A stretch of DNA of 64,000 nucleotides from Escherichia coli. Its GTDB lineage: Bacteria > Pseudomonadota > Gammaproteobacteria > Enterobacterales > Enterobacteriaceae. The stretch lies in the NCBI RefSeq assembly GCF_044324785.1, contig NZ_CP172127.1; one strand, written 5' to 3'. The position numbers and the translations under genes were made by a program. The notes below the pieces were generated by a model that worked only from the letters and a program-made list of their open reading frames with translations, had not been told where the DNA came from and did not search any database. Position 1 is the first letter of the stretch, and each line of letters begins with the position of its first letter. Of the stretch, positions 24,502-36,189 are shown piece after piece.

Positions 24502-26598
24502 TTAGCGGAAATTGACGCTACGGTCGCTGGTCATGTCATACAACTGGAACTTACGCCCAAGTTGCTGACCACCGTCACGCGTCAGCGGCGTCCAGCCAAT
24601 TGCCGCACGGCTGCGTGTCGGGCCAGACGAGAAGAGATCCAGCGGTACAGAGACATACACGCCTTTGGTGAAGTCCCCTTCGCCGTACTCCTCTTTCGAA
24701 ACATTCGTGATCGTGGCATAGCCACCCACCACCACGCCGCTATCAAAGCGTTTGGCGATCTCCAGCGTGCCGCCTTTATCCCCTGCCAGATACTGCCCGA
24801 CGCTCGCTTTCACTAACACATCCTGAGCGAAAGATGGCGTCCAGTATGCGGTCAGATGTCCGGTTTTCACGCTGTAGTCGGTGAATTTCATCATATCTTT
24901 TGCGCTACGCCAGTCGCGCTGTTTAACGTAGTTGGCATCCAGACCAAACGCCCAGTTGCTATCCAGCGGGCGATACAACACTTCTGCCCCCACGCCGCCA
25001 AACATGGTTTCGAGATAACCTCCGTAGACCTGACCGTAGAAGCCGTTGCCCAGATGCTGGAAGTAGTTGGCTTGCAGGTTATTCACATAGACATCGTTCT
25101 GCACATACTCGCGCACATGGGTACGAACGCGCGGTAAGTGCGAGTCCTGCGGCGGATTGGTGTAGTTAAACTTGTCGTAGTTGTTGGCAAGATTTGCAAA
25201 CAGGCTGCCGGTGGTCAGCAGATGGTCCGTCAGCCACAAATCTGCCGTTCCCATCACGCCCAGCTGATACATGTAAAAGTTTTCCGGGCCACCGACCGAC
25301 TGGTTCAGCACCGGATCGATATGGAAATCAAAGCGTGATTTGTCGATATACCAGCCCTGCTCGGTGGACTGCGGAACCACTGGCTCGACGCGTTTTTGCG
25401 CCAGCGTCGTTTCGTGGCCCAACGGCTCTCCGGCGAGATGATTTTTCAGGCTGGCGACATCGGTTTCCGTCGTCACCTGCGGCATGTTAAGGCGATTTTC
25501 CGTAATGCGGATCGTTTTGATCCCATCCGGCAGATCGTTCATCACGATCCGATTAGCACGGATGATCCCTTCGCGCGAATCACGATATTTCACCTGCTCG
25601 CCGGTAACATACAGCGTATCGCCTTTCGCCTGGATCTGTGGATCGGCAAGTCCGGCATTGTATTTCAACAGCGTTAACTGATTCGCCACCACCGAATGCT
25701 GCAAAATGGCATCCTGCGGCTGCGGTTGATATTGCGGGCGGGCGTTATCGTTGTAAGACGGGCGCAGATCGTTAAAGTTGGTGCGCAACGTAACGCCAAA
25801 CATAAATGTGTTGCCACGTTCATAGCTAAGGTTAACGTCGGCCCAATCGGTAACGCGATAAATCGCACCGACGTTAAACTTACTTTTTTGCTCCAGCTTC
25901 CCGGCAAAATCCTGCTGATAATTATTGCCTTCATACTCCAGTTTCAGGCGCAGCGGTTGCCAGGGCGTCTGGTATTCCACGCCGCCAAACAGTGAGGCAG
26001 GACCGTGGAACATCTGGCTACCGTCGATAGATCCCGCCTGTTTGTAGCTGTTATCGCGATAGCAATATTTATCACTGGCTGAACAGAGCGGATTTTTCAC
26101 ATTACCGCTGGTGCCCAGATATCCCCAGCCCAGGCCGAGCGTAAAATCGAACGGCCCCCAGGCTTTGCTGGCAACAAGATATTCCGCATCAAACAGCCCC
26201 GTACCGCCGATATCCCGCGCACCAACCGCCACTTGCGGCAGCCAATAACTCTCTTCCCACAAACGCAGTTTGAGATCGAAGGCTTTATCTTTATACGTTT
26301 GATCACCAGAGAACGCTTCGACGCTGCTGTACTGCCGGGTGCGCACGTCGGTGTAGCGCAGCGTTGTTTCCAGCCACGGGAAGAGTTGCACTGAAGCTGA
26401 GTAATAACGGTACTGATCGTTATCGCGATAGTTCAAACTCAACTCCCCTTCCCGCGCCATGCGGGCGGTGGGCGTTTGTAATAATCCTACGCCACCGAAA
26501 TCCGACTGCGACGGACCAATGGGCGCAGGATATGTTTCGCCGTAGCAAGCTGTGCTAATGCCCAGCGCCAGTAAGCTAAGCAGATGTCTTTTTTTCAT
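24502..26598 (-). CDS. yjbH: Outer-membrane protein YjbH (exopolysaccharide-associated yjbEFGH operon)
   Basis: 698-aa ORF with an N-terminal signal peptide and beta-rich composition ending in an aromatic residue (...SDRSVNFR). Fourth gene of the yjbEFGH cluster. Confidence 0.85.
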   Translation of the reverse strand: MKKRHLLSLLALGISTACYGETYPAPIGPSQSDFGGVGLLQTPTARMAREGELSLNYRDNDQYRYYSASVQLFPWLETTLRYTDVRTRQYSSVEAFSGDQTYKDKAFDLKLRLWEESYWLPQVAVGARDIGGTGLFDAEYLVASKAWGPFDFTLGLGWGYLGTSGNVKNPLCSASDKYCYRDNSYKQAGSIDGSQMFHGPASLFGGVEYQTPWQPLRLKLEYEGNNYQQDFAGKLEQKSKFNVGAIYRVTDWADVNLSYERGNTFMFGVTLRTNFNDLRPSYNDNARPQYQPQPQDAILQHSVVANQLTLLKYNAGLADPQIQAKGDTLYVTGEQVKYRDSREGIIRANRIVMNDLPDGIKTIRITENRLNMPQVTTETDVASLKNHLAGEPLGHETTLAQKRVEPVVPQSTEQGWYIDKSRFDFHIDPVLNQSVGGPENFYMYQLGVMGTADLWLTDHLLTTGSLFANLANNYDKFNYTNPPQDSHLPRVRTHVREYVQNDVYVNNLQANYFQHLGNGFYGQVYGGYLETMFGGVGAEVLYRPLDSNWAFGLDANYVKQRDWRSAKDMMKFTDYSVKTGHLTAYWTPSFAQDVLVKASVGQYLAGDKGGTLEIAKRFDSGVVVGGYATITNVSKEEYGEGDFTKGVYVSVPLDLFSSGPTRSRAAIGWTPLTRDGGQQLGRKFQLYDMTSDRSVNFR

Positions 26599-27335
26599 TA
26601 TTGAGGTATCCGCTGCGTCAGAGTCTGAAGAATGTCGGCGTTAAGGGCATCAGGCGTCTCACTCCAGACGGAGTCCGCGAGGCCAACATAAATAATGCTG
26701 CCGGGCATCGGCTCTACGTGACGCTTGTTCCAGTAAGCCACCGGCGCTTTTTGCGTGCGTCCGTCCGGGTAAACCACCCACGCGTAGCTGCGATCCGCAC
26801 CGCTGAGCAGGCTCTGGTCAGAGAGATAGCTCGCCACGTCGCGACCTGGAGTGAATGGCTGCTTGCCAGGACGGCTGATAAGCCCGAACAACGTGACCGT
26901 GGACGGCGGTGGTCCGACCCACAGCGTGTAGTTGCCCTGCAACGGCGGGTTACCGCGTTCGGCAACGCGGACGATATCGGGATCAAGATTGATTTTTTGC
27001 CTGCCCGTCACTTTCAACGCCTGAATTTGCTGGCGTAAGGCGTTAATCGCAGCGGCATCGTCGGCGCTGGAATCTGCGGCCAGTTCTGCCAGCCGTGTCA
27101 GTAGCGCCTGCTGCTGACGCAATGCTGCCGCCGTTGCCAGCTCTTCGCTAATCACCGCACCAGGCCACCAGCTGTTTGCCAGCCGCGGTTGGCCTACCAG
27201 GTCGATTAAATGCTCTGCACCCGTCAGCGTTTTGGCCTCACTGCTGCTATTGCTGAATACCTTGACGGTTCCCGCCGCGAAGACCGATGACGCCCCCACA
27301 CTCAAAATCAATGCGACAATAGTTTGTTTAATCAT
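26598..27335 (-). CDS. yjbG: Periplasmic/secreted protein YjbG
   Basis: 245-aa product [23 protein letters not shown]... with a signal peptide. Its start overlaps the yjbF stop (ATGA) and its stop overlaps the yjbH start. Confidence 0.85.
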   Translation of the reverse strand: MIKQTIVALILSVGASSVFAAGTVKVFSNSSSEAKTLTGAEHLIDLVGQPRLANSWWPGAVISEELATAAALRQQQALLTRLAELAADSSADDAAAINALRQQIQALKVTGRQKINLDPDIVRVAERGNPPLQGNYTLWVGPPPSTVTLFGLISRPGKQPFTPGRDVASYLSDQSLLSGADRSYAWVVYPDGRTQKAPVAYWNKRHVEPMPGSIIYVGLADSVWSETPDALNADILQTLTQRIPQ

Positions 27336-27970
27336 TGTTTTGCCGCCTTGATGAGAGTGGTTTTCACCGGGAAATAATCCGCGCCGAGATACTGTTCCGA
27401 CTGGCGAATTTGCCCTTCGCTGTCGATCCAATAGCGGTTATGCCAGCGCGCCTGGTCGGTGGAGACTTCTTCGTCCAGCACGCGAACCGGGGTTTCATCG
27501 CTGCCGACCTTAACGGTACCGGTGCCATCCCATTTGAAGACTGAGCGTGCGGTGGCGTAGCGTACCTGCTGGTACTCGGTCCAGCCCATCGTGCGCGTCC
27601 ATGTTGCACCATCAACAATTTGTGCGGGTTTAATCAGCGGGTCGGCGGCAAGGTTATTCACTTCAATCAGGTTGTCGCCGCCAAGCAAAGTCTTCACCAG
27701 ACGACCATGTTGTGTGACAAGAGTGGCCTGATCCTGAGTGACCCATTTTTGTTGTCCGTCTTCAGCGAAGGCCAGCACCACAAACAATTGCGGCCCGCCA
27801 TTAAGCTGCATGTACTGGCTGGCGTAGGGCATATTTTGAATATCATCGTCCGTCAGCTGTACGCCTGGCGTGCCGAACAGACTGTCCCACAGTGAATTGC
27901 CCAGCTCTTTAGTCGTGGCTGAACAGGCCTGTAATAGCAGGCAGATAAGAATGAGTGCAGGTCGCTTCAC
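27332..27970 (-). CDS. yjbF: Lipoprotein YjbF
   Basis: GTG start at 27970 after GGAG gives MKRPALILICLLLQAC... with a lipobox (LLQAC); 212 aa. The ORF-track extension to 28000 is rejected. Confidence 0.8.
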   Translation of the reverse strand: MKRPALILICLLLQACSATTKELGNSLWDSLFGTPGVQLTDDDIQNMPYASQYMQLNGGPQLFVVLAFAEDGQQKWVTQDQATLVTQHGRLVKTLLGGDNLIEVNNLAADPLIKPAQIVDGATWTRTMGWTEYQQVRYATARSVFKWDGTGTVKVGSDETPVRVLDEEVSTDQARWHNRYWIDSEGQIRQSEQYLGADYFPVKTTLIKAAKQ

Positions 27971-28083
27971 GACTCTTCTCCAGAGGGGCAGAATAACCAC
28001 ACCGGAGTGTGGTTATGGTAAATCCCTTCATACTTCAAGCCACAGATGCAATGACTCGAATTATTTTGGGGATACATACTTTA

Positions 28084-28326
28084 TTACTGGGTACTGGTGG
28101 TCGTGGTTGTTGTGGTCCCGGTATTAGAACCATCACCGCCACCGGTTGCCGCGAGCGCGACACCCACCGCCGAGCTTACGGTGCTGACGCTGGTCGCGGA
28201 GGAACTCCCCGCCGAAACCGACGTTGCTGCCGACCCTGCCGCTTCGCCCACCTGTACAGGTGCAGCCCACGCAGAAGTCGCCGCAAGCGCAGATATGGCA
28301 AAAATGCCATACAGAACTTTTTTCAT
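28084..28326 (-). CDS. yjbE: Small secreted low-complexity protein YjbE
   Basis: 80-aa product [48 protein letters not shown]...[10 protein letters not shown]: signal peptide plus a Ser/Thr/Ala/Gly-rich tail. First gene of yjbEFGH. Confidence 0.85.
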
Positions 28327-28632
28327 AACAATTTCCCTTCATTGAATGAATGGAGATTTACCCAAAAACATTTCGGGCGGGATCGAGTATACACAACTAA
28401 AGCATGCGAATTACGGCGCGGGGAATTAGCGATGGCGTTTTAGGATAATTGGAATTAATATCAAATATAAGTTTCAACTTATATATAAATAAGATTAAAA
28501 ATCAAAAAGTTAAAATAGAATCAAAAATAATCAATCTACGTATTTTCCGAAATCAATCACGATTAAAAATTTATTTTAGGATTAACCTCACAGCATGATT
28601 TCCGTTAAATCACAGACAAGGGGATTTATCTG

Positions 28633-28666
28633 ATAAAAAATGCCGACATAACGTCGGCATTTTTAT
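28633..28666. terminator. Bidirectional Rho-independent terminator downstream of pgi
   Basis: aaaaaa-tgccgacataacgtcggca-ttttt: a perfect hairpin flanked by A and T runs. Confidence 0.75.
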
Positions 28667-28679
28667 TAAGGTTATTTAA

Positions 28680-30329
28680 TTAACCGCGCCACGCTTTATA
28701 GCGGTTAATCAGACCATTGGTCGAGCTATCGTGGCTGCTGATTTCTTTATCATCTTTCAGCTCTGGCAGAATACGGTTCGCCAGTTGTTTACCCAGCTCA
28801 ACGCCCCACTGGTCGAAGGTGAAGATGTTCAGGATCACGCCCTGAGTAAAGATTTTGTGCTCATACAGCGCAATCAACGCACCCAGGCTGAACGGAGTGA
28901 TTTCGCGCAGCAGGATAGAGTTGGTCGGGCGGTTACCTTCGAACACTTTGAACGGCACCACGTAGTCAAGCGTTGCCGGATCTTTACCCTGATCACGATA
29001 TTCCTGCTCAACCACTTCGCGGGATTTACCAAACGCCAGCGCTTCGGTCTGAGCAAAGAAGTTAGACAGCAGTTTCTGGTGATGATCAGAGAGCGGGTTA
29101 TGGGTGATAGCCGGGGCGATGAAATCGCACGGTACCATTTTGGTTCCCTGGTGGATCAGCTGGTAGAACGCGTGCTGACCGTTTGTGCCTGGTTCACCCC
29201 AGATAATCGGGCCAGTCTGGTAATCCACAACGTTACCGTTACGGTCAACATACTTACCGTTGGACTCCATATTGCCCTGCTGGAAGTACGCCGCGAAACG
29301 GTGCATATACTGGTCATACGGCAGAATCGCTTCAGTTTCCGCACCAAAGAAATTGTTGTACCAGATGCCAATCAGCGCCAGCAGTACAGGCAGGTTTTTC
29401 TCGGCAGGCGTGGTGGAGAAATGCTTGTCCATCGCGTGTGCGCCAGAAAGCAGTTCAACGAAGTTATCAAAGCCGATGGAGAGAACAATCGACAGGCCAA
29501 TCGCTGACCACAAAGAGTAACGGCCGCCAACCCAGTCCCAGAACTCGAACATGTTGGCAGTATCAATACCAAACTCGCCAACGGCTTTGGCATTGGTGGA
29601 AAGCGCCGCAAAGTGTTTCGCAACGTGTTTTTCATCACCAGCCGCTTTCAGGAACCAGTCACGCGCACTATGGGCGTTGGTCATGGTTTCCTGAGTGGTG
29701 AAGGTTTTAGATGCTACCAGGAACAGCGTGGTTTCCGGGTTTACTTTTTTCAGCACTTCCGCGATGTGAGTACCATCGACGTTAGAAACAAAGTGCATGT
29801 TCAGGTGATTTTTGTACGGACGCAGTGCTTCGGTCACCATGTACGGGCCGAGGTCAGAACCACCGATCCCGATGTTCACTACGTCAGTGATTGCTTTGCC
29901 GGTATAACCCTTCCACTCACCGGAAATAATCGCTTCCGAGAAGGTTTTCATCTTCTCCAGCACCGCGTTGACTTCTGGCATTACGTCTTTGCCATCAACC
30001 AGAATCGGGGTATTGCTACGGTTACGCAGCGCTACGTGCAGCACGGCGCGGTTTTCGGTGCGGTTGATCTTCTCACCAGAGAACATCGACTTAATCGCGC
30101 CCGCCAGATCGCACTCTTTCGCCAGATCTTGTAATTTCGCCAGCGTCTCTTCAGTGATGCGGTTTTTGGAGTAATCCACCAGCATCTGATCGTCGAAGGT
30201 TGCGGAGAACTTAGAAAAACGATCGCCGTCTTTAGCAAAAAGATCGGCGATCGTAACGTCTTTCATTTCATCGAAGTGTTTCTGTAGTGCCTGCCAGGCA
30301 GCGGTCTGCGTTGGATTGATGTTTTTCAT
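28680..30329 (-). CDS. pgi: Glucose-6-phosphate isomerase
   Basis: Translation [66 protein letters not shown]... (549 aa) matches Pgi. Confidence 0.97.
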
Positions 30330-30540
30330 TAGCAATACTCTTCTGATTTTGAGAATTGTGACTTTGGAAGATTGTAGCGCCAGTCACAGAAAAATGTGAT
30401 GGTTTTAGTGCCGTTAGCGTAATGTTGAGTGTAAACCCTTAGCGCAGTGAAGCATTTATTAGCTGAACTACTGACCGCCAGGAGTGGATGAAAAATCCGC
30501 ATGACCCCATCGTTGACAACCGCCCCGCTCACCCTTTATT

Positions 30541-30853
30541 TATAAATGTACTACCTGCGCTAGCGCAGGCCAGAAGAGGCGCGTTGCCCAAGTAACGGTG
30601 TTGGAGGAGCCAGTCCTGTGATAACACCTGAGGGGGTGCATCGCCGAGGTGATTGAACGGCTGGCCACGTTCATCATCGGCTACAGGGGCTGAATCCCCT
30701 GGGTTGTCACCAGAAGCGTTCGCAGTCGGGCGTTTCGCAAGTGGTGGAGCACTTCTGGGTGAAAATAGTAGCGAAGTATCGCTCTGCGCCCACCCGTCTT
30801 CCGCTCTTCCCTTGTGCCAAGGCTGAAAATGGATCCCCTGACACGAGGTAGTT
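30541..30853 (+). ncRNA. lysC 5' leader containing the lysine riboswitch (L-box)
   Basis: Long structured leader directly upstream of lysC (gtactacctgcgctagcgcaggccagaagaggcgcgttgcccaagtaacggtgttggaggagccagtcctgtgataacacctgagggggtgcatcgccgaggtg...), which I recognise as the E. coli lysC lysine-riboswitch leader. Aptamer boundaries are approximate. A possible promoter (TTGACA at 30513..30518) lies just upstream. Confidence 0.7.
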
Positions 30854-32203
30854 ATGTCTGAAATTGTTGTCTCCAAATTTGGCGGTACCAGCGTAGCTGA
30901 TTTTGACGCCATGAACCGCAGCGCTGATATTGTGCTTTCTGATGCCAACGTACGTTTAGTTGTCCTCTCGGCTTCTGCTGGTATCACTAATCTGCTGGTC
31001 GCTTTAGCGGAAGGACTGGAACCTGGCGAGCGATTCGAAAAACTCGACGCTATTCGCAACATCCAGTTTGCCATTCTGGAACGTCTGCGTTACCCGAACG
31101 TTATCCGTGAAGAGATTGAACGTCTGCTGGAGAACATTACTGTTCTGGCAGAAGCGGCGGCGCTGGCAACGTCTCCGGCGCTGACAGATGAACTGGTCAG
31201 CCACGGCGAGCTGATGTCGACCCTGCTGTTTGTCGAAATCCTGCGCGAACGCGATGTTCAGGCACAGTGGTTTGATGTACGTAAAGTGATGCGTACCAAC
31301 GACCGATTTGGTCGTGCAGAGCCAGATGTAGCCGCGCTGGCGGAACTGGCCGCGCTGCAGCTGCTCCCACGCCTCAATGAAGGCTTAGTGATCACCCAGG
31401 GATTTATCGGTAGCGAAAATAAAGGTCGGACAACGACGCTTGGCCGTGGAGGCAGCGATTATACGGCAGCCTTGCTGGCGGAGGCTTTACACGCATCTCG
31501 TGTTGATATCTGGACCGACGTCCCGGGCATCTACACCACCGATCCACGCGTGGTTTCCGCAGCAAAACGCATTGATGAAATCGCGTTTGCCGAAGCGGCA
31601 GAGATGGCAACTTTTGGTGCAAAAGTACTGCATCCGGCAACGTTGCTACCCGCAGTACGTAGCGATATCCCGGTCTTTGTTGGCTCCAGCAAAGACCCAC
31701 GCGCAGGTGGTACGCTGGTGTGCAATAAAACTGAAAATCCGCCGCTATTCCGCGCGCTGGCGCTTCGTCGCAATCAGACTCTGCTCACTTTGCACAGCCT
31801 GAATATGCTGCATTCTCGCGGTTTCCTCGCGGAAGTTTTCGGCATCCTCGCGCGGCATAATATTTCGGTAGACTTAATCACCACGTCAGAAGTGAGCGTG
31901 GCATTAACCCTTGATACCACCGGTTCAACCTCCACTGGCGATACCTTGCTGACGCAATCTCTGCTGATGGAGCTGTCTGCACTATGCCGGGTAGAAGTGG
32001 AGGAAGGTCTGGCGCTGGTCGCGTTGATTGGCAATGACCTGTCAAAAGCCTGCGGCGTTGGCAAAGAGGTATTCGGCGTACTGGAACCGTTCAACATTCG
32101 CATGATTTGTTACGGCGCATCCAGCCATAACCTGTGCTTCCTGGTGCCCGGCGAAGATGCCGAGCAGGTGGTGCAAAAACTGCATAGTAATTTGTTTGAG
32201 TAA
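30854..32203 (+). CDS. lysC: Lysine-sensitive aspartokinase III
   Basis: Translation MSEIVVSKFGGTSVADFDAMNRSADIVLSDANVRLVVLSASAGITNLLVALAEG... (449 aa) matches LysC. Confidence 0.97.
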   Translation: MSEIVVSKFGGTSVADFDAMNRSADIVLSDANVRLVVLSASAGITNLLVALAEGLEPGERFEKLDAIRNIQFAILERLRYPNVIREEIERLLENITVLAEAAALATSPALTDELVSHGELMSTLLFVEILRERDVQAQWFDVRKVMRTNDRFGRAEPDVAALAELAALQLLPRLNEGLVITQGFIGSENKGRTTTLGRGGSDYTAALLAEALHASRVDIWTDVPGIYTTDPRVVSAAKRIDEIAFAEAAEMATFGAKVLHPATLLPAVRSDIPVFVGSSKDPRAGGTLVCNKTENPPLFRALALRRNQTLLTLHSLNMLHSRGFLAEVFGILARHNISVDLITTSEVSVALTLDTTGSTSTGDTLLTQSLLMELSALCRVEVEEGLALVALIGNDLSKACGVGKEVFGVLEPFNIRMICYGASSHNLCFLVPGEDAEQVVQKLHSNLFE

Positions 32204-32455
32204 ATACTGTATGGCCTGGAAGCTATATTTCGGGCCGTATTGATTTTCTTGTCACTATGCTCATCAATAAACGAGCCTGTACTCTGTTAACCAACGTCTT
32301 TATCGGAGAATAATTGCCTTTAATTTTTTTATCTGCATCTCTAATTAATTATCGAAAGAGATAAATAGTTAAGAGAAGGCAAAATGAATATTATCAGTTC
32401 TGCTCGCAAACGAATTCCCGTACACTGAACTCTCTGGCTCACTGAGGGCACCATC

Positions 32456-32728
32456 ATGGCACTCCCCCGTATTACCCAAAAAGAGATGACTGAACGCGAG
32501 CAGCGTGAACTTAAAACACTGCTGGATCGGGCGCGGATTGCGCATGGTCGCGTACTGACCAACTCCGAAACCAACAGCATTAAGAAAGAGTACATCGATA
32601 AATTAATGGTCGAGCGTGAGGCTGAAGCGAAAAAAGCCCGCCAGTTAAAGAAAAAGCAGGCTTATAAACCGGATCCTGAGGCGTCATTTAGCTGGTCAGC
32701 AAATACGTCGACGCGCGGCAGGCGCTGA
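32456..32728 (+). CDS. yjbD: Small basic protein YjbD (DUF3811-like)
   Basis: 90-aa ORF MALPRITQKEMTEREQRELKTLLDRARIAHGRVLTN... in the conserved position between lysC and rluF. Its stop codon abuts the rluF stop on the other strand. Confidence 0.8.
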   Translation: MALPRITQKEMTEREQRELKTLLDRARIAHGRVLTNSETNSIKKEYIDKLMVEREAEAKKARQLKKKQAYKPDPEASFSWSANTSTRGRR

Positions 32729-33601
32729 TTAACGCCCCTTCTTTTTACGCCCCGGCGAGGTAAAACGCTTACCGTTGGACGCCGGGCGACCGCCTTTTTC
32801 CGCCGTTTTTTCCATCTTAACGACTGGACGTTTGATGCCTACCGTTTTCGGTTTGGCCTTCGCTTTAGGTTTTGCCTCGGAAGAGGAATTTTCAATGTGC
32901 TTAAAGAGATCGATTAACTCATCGTCGGTTAAATCGCGCCACTCACCCAGCGGAATGCCGCTTAAGCTGACGTTCATAATGCGCGTACGTTCCAGCTTTT
33001 TCACTTCGTAACCAAAGTGCTCGCACATGCGACGAATCTGACGGTTCAGCCCCTGCACCAGGGTAATGCGGAAGACAAACGGCGCTTCTTTTTTGACTTT
33101 GCACTTTTTCGTCACCGTCCCGAGGATCGGCACCCCCGCCCCCATACCACGAATAAATTCATCGGTAATCGGTTTATCGACCGTCACCAGATACTCTTTC
33201 TCATGATCGTTACCCGCACGGAGGATCTTATTCACCAGATCGCCGTGATTGGTGAGGAAAATCAGCCCCTGAGAGTCTTTATCCAGGCGGCCAATCGGGA
33301 ACACGCGTTTGCTGTGGTTAACGAAATCGACAATGTTATCGCGCTCGCCATCTTCGGTGGTGCTGACAATACCGACGGGCTTGTTCAGGGCGATAAGTAC
33401 CAAATCTTCGGCTTCCCGAGGCTCAATCAACTGACCGTTTACTTTCACAACGTCGCCGGGTTTCACCTGATCGCCAATGGTGGCTCGCTTGCCATTAAGG
33501 AACACATTGCCTTGCTCGATATAGCGATCCGCTTCGCGGCGTGAGCAAATTCCGCTTTCGCTGATGTATTTATTTAAACGGACTGATGAGTCGGGCAGCA
33601 T
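32729..33601 (-). CDS. rluF: 23S rRNA pseudouridine synthase F
   Basis: Translation [40 protein letters not shown]... (290 aa): S4 domain plus RsuA-family catalytic core ([10 protein letters not shown]). Confidence 0.93.
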   Translation of the reverse strand: MLPDSSVRLNKYISESGICSRREADRYIEQGNVFLNGKRATIGDQVKPGDVVKVNGQLIEPREAEDLVLIALNKPVGIVSTTEDGERDNIVDFVNHSKRVFPIGRLDKDSQGLIFLTNHGDLVNKILRAGNDHEKEYLVTVDKPITDEFIRGMGAGVPILGTVTKKCKVKKEAPFVFRITLVQGLNRQIRRMCEHFGYEVKKLERTRIMNVSLSGIPLGEWRDLTDDELIDLFKHIENSSSEAKPKAKAKPKTVGIKRPVVKMEKTAEKGGRPASNGKRFTSPGRKKKGR

Positions 33602-33948
33602 AAATTCTCCTGTAAAACGCGGAATATACCGTACCTCTTAGCGGGGAAAAACAGGGTTATGCGGCAACGTCGAAATTAAATGTGATCTGCCACGCCTTTT
33701 ATCACAAAAGTGTCTCCGGAAGTACGATGCAAATTTGCCTGGCAAAATAAGGATAATCAACATATTACGAATCGCTGCACACCTGTGCTGATGACTACTA
33801 CGCAGAGAAACAAATGTGCAAGAGAAAGCGCTATTTCTCCCCATGCAAAGAGTGAAAAATCGCTTTGAAAGGCCATCATGATGGGGTTATATCAGATCAA
33901 GCGGTGAGAAAGCGTATTTGCACAAATGTGCAGAACCAGGAGGCGGCA

Positions 33949-34896
33949 ATGGAAAACAGTGACGATATCCGTTTGATTGTGAAGATTGCCCAACTCTATT
34001 ACGAACAGGATATGACGCAGGCGCAAATCGCGCGCGAACTGGGTATTTACCGCACCACCATCAGCCGCTTGCTTAAACGAGGCCGCGATCAGGGAATTGT
34101 CACCATCGCCATCAACTATGACTACAACGAAAATCTCTGGCTGGAGCAGCAACTGAAGCAAAAGTTTGGCCTGAAAGACGTTGTGGTGGTGTCGGGAAAT
34201 GATGAGGATGAAGAGACTCAACTGGCGATGATGGGGTTACACGGCGCGCAACTGCTGGATCGCTTGCTGGAGCCTGGCGATATTGTCGGTTTTTCCTGGG
34301 GTCGCGCGGTGAGCGCACTGGTTGAAAACTTGCCGCAGGCGGGGCAATCGCGGCAGTTAATCTGCGTACCAATTATTGGCGGACCGTCCGGTAAACTCGA
34401 AAGCCGCTATCATGTAAACACATTAACCTACAGCGCGGCAGCGAAGTTGAAAGGGGAATCGCATCTCGCGGATTTTCCGGCTCTACTGGATAACCCATTA
34501 ATTCGTAATGGGATCATGCAGTCTCAGCACTTTAAAACCATCTCTGCCTACTGGGATAATCTGGATGTCGCCCTGGTGGGAATTGGCTCACCGGCCATTC
34601 GCGACGGCGCTAACTGGCATGCGTTTTATGGTGGTGAAGAGAGTGACGACCTGAATGCCCGCCAGGTTGCTGGCGATATTTGCTCGCGCTTTTTTGATAT
34701 TCACGGCGCAATGGTTGAAACGAATATGAGCGAAAAAACACTCTCTATCGAAATGAATAAATTAAAGCAGGCGCGATATTCCATTGGCATTGCCATGAGC
34801 GAAGAAAAATACAGTGGAATTGTTGGTGCACTGCGTGGAAAATATATTAATTGTCTGGTAACGAATAGCAGCACAGCTGAACTATTACTGAAATAA
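33949..34896 (+). CDS. sorC: SorC-family (DeoR-like) transcriptional regulator of the sorbose operon
   Basis: 315-aa product MENSDDIRLIVKIAQLYYEQDMTQAQIARELGIYRTTISRLLKRGRDQGIVTI...: N-terminal HTH plus sugar-phosphate-binding SorC domain. ATG at 33949 follows CAGGAGG. First gene of a sorCDFBAME-type cluster. Confidence 0.85.
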   Translation: MENSDDIRLIVKIAQLYYEQDMTQAQIARELGIYRTTISRLLKRGRDQGIVTIAINYDYNENLWLEQQLKQKFGLKDVVVVSGNDEDEETQLAMMGLHGAQLLDRLLEPGDIVGFSWGRAVSALVENLPQAGQSRQLICVPIIGGPSGKLESRYHVNTLTYSAAAKLKGESHLADFPALLDNPLIRNGIMQSQHFKTISAYWDNLDVALVGIGSPAIRDGANWHAFYGGEESDDLNARQVAGDICSRFFDIHGAMVETNMSEKTLSIEMNKLKQARYSIGIAMSEEKYSGIVGALRGKYINCLVTNSSTAELLLK

Positions 34897-34965
34897 AAAT
34901 CTTCCCGATGTTTACCGTAATAAAAATTACGGCGGGTCCCTATTATCTAAAATCAGGAGTCTGTT

Positions 34966-35772
34966 ATGCAAACGTGGTTAAATTTGCAGGATAAAATCAT
35001 TATCGTCACCGGCGGCGCATCCGGTATTGGTCTGGCGATTGTAGAGGAATTATTAGCACAAGGCGCAAATGTACAGATGGTCGATATTCACGGTGGCGAT
35101 GGTCAATATGAAGGTCATAAAGGCTATCAGTTTTGGCCGACCGATATTTCCAGCGCCAAAGAGGTAAATCATACGGTAGCGGAAATTATCCAGCGTTTTG
35201 ATCGCATCGACGGTCTGGTCAATAACGCCGGGGTCAATTTCCCGCGTCTGCTGGTCGATGAGAAAGCGCCTGCCGGGCAGTATGAACTCAACGAAGCTGC
35301 ATTCGAAAAAATGGTCAATATCAACCAGAAAGGCGTTTTTCTGATGTCACAGGCGGTGGCGCGACAGATGGTCAAACAACATGATGGCGTGATTGTGAAT
35401 GTTTCCTCAGAAAGTGGACTGGAAGGCTCAGAAGGCCAAAGCTGTTACGCCGCGACCAAAGCCGCGCTTAATAGCTTCACGCGCTCCTGGTCGAAAGAGC
35501 TGGGTAAGCACGGTATCCGTGTGGTCGGTATCGCGCCGGGGATTCTGGAAAAAACAGGACTGCGCACGCCGGAATATGAAGAAGCGCTGGCGTGGACGCG
35601 CAATATCACCGTCGAGCAGCTGCGTGAAGGCTATACCAAAAATTCCATTCCTATTGGGCGCGCCGGAAGATTAGCAGAAGTGGCTGATTTTGTTTGTTAT
35701 CTGCTGTCTGAACGCGCCAGCTATATCACCGGAGTAACCACTAACATTGCAGGCGGCAAAACGCGCGGTTAA
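34966..35772 (+). CDS. sorD: Short-chain dehydrogenase/reductase (D-glucitol-6-phosphate dehydrogenase type)
   Basis: 268-aa SDR with the TGGASGIG cofactor motif and YxxxK active-site region (SCYAATKAAL); second gene of the sor cluster. Confidence 0.85.
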   Translation: MQTWLNLQDKIIIVTGGASGIGLAIVEELLAQGANVQMVDIHGGDGQYEGHKGYQFWPTDISSAKEVNHTVAEIIQRFDRIDGLVNNAGVNFPRLLVDEKAPAGQYELNEAAFEKMVNINQKGVFLMSQAVARQMVKQHDGVIVNVSSESGLEGSEGQSCYAATKAALNSFTRSWSKELGKHGIRVVGIAPGILEKTGLRTPEYEEALAWTRNITVEQLREGYTKNSIPIGRAGRLAEVADFVCYLLSERASYITGVTTNIAGGKTRG

Positions 35773-35781
35773 GGAGGCTTT

Positions 35782-36189
35782 ATGGTCAATGCCATTTTTT
35801 GCGCCCACGGCAAATTAGCCTGCGCCATGCTGGAATCGGTTCAGATGGTGTACGGCGATGCCAGGGTCGAGGCCGTTGAATTTGTGCCCGGCGAGAACGC
35901 CGGAGACATTGTGGCAAAGCTGGAGAAGTTAGTGAGCATTCACAATCATGACGAGTGGCTAATCGCCGTGGATTTACAGTGCGGCAGCCCGTGGAATGCG
36001 GCAGCGATGCTTGCGATGCGCAATCCTCGCCTGCGGGTAATCAGCGGCCTTTCTCTGCCGCTGGCGCTCGAACTGGTTGATAACCAGGACAGCATGAATG
36101 TTGATGAACTGTGTGAACACCTGACGCAAATCGCAAAGCAAACCTGCGTCGTCTGGAGACAGGTGGCAACAGCAGAGGAGGATTTCTGA
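35782..36189 (+). CDS. sorF: PTS mannose/sorbose-family EIIA component
   Basis: 135-aa product MVNAIFCAHGKLACAMLESVQMV... (EIIA-Man fold). Its stop overlaps the sorB start (TGATG). Confidence 0.85.
   Translation: MVNAIFCAHGKLACAMLESVQMVYGDARVEAVEFVPGENAGDIVAKLEKLVSIHNHDEWLIAVDLQCGSPWNAAAMLAMRNPRLRVISGLSLPLALELVDNQDSMNVDELCEHLTQIAKQTCVVWRQVATAEEDF

Noticed and set aside
28009-28443. 144-aa plus-strand ORF (and others at 28097..28345, 28133..28342) overlapping yjbE
   Set aside because: They overlap the low-complexity yjbE coding region, where every frame stays open; the Arg/Gly/Cys-rich translations are implausible.
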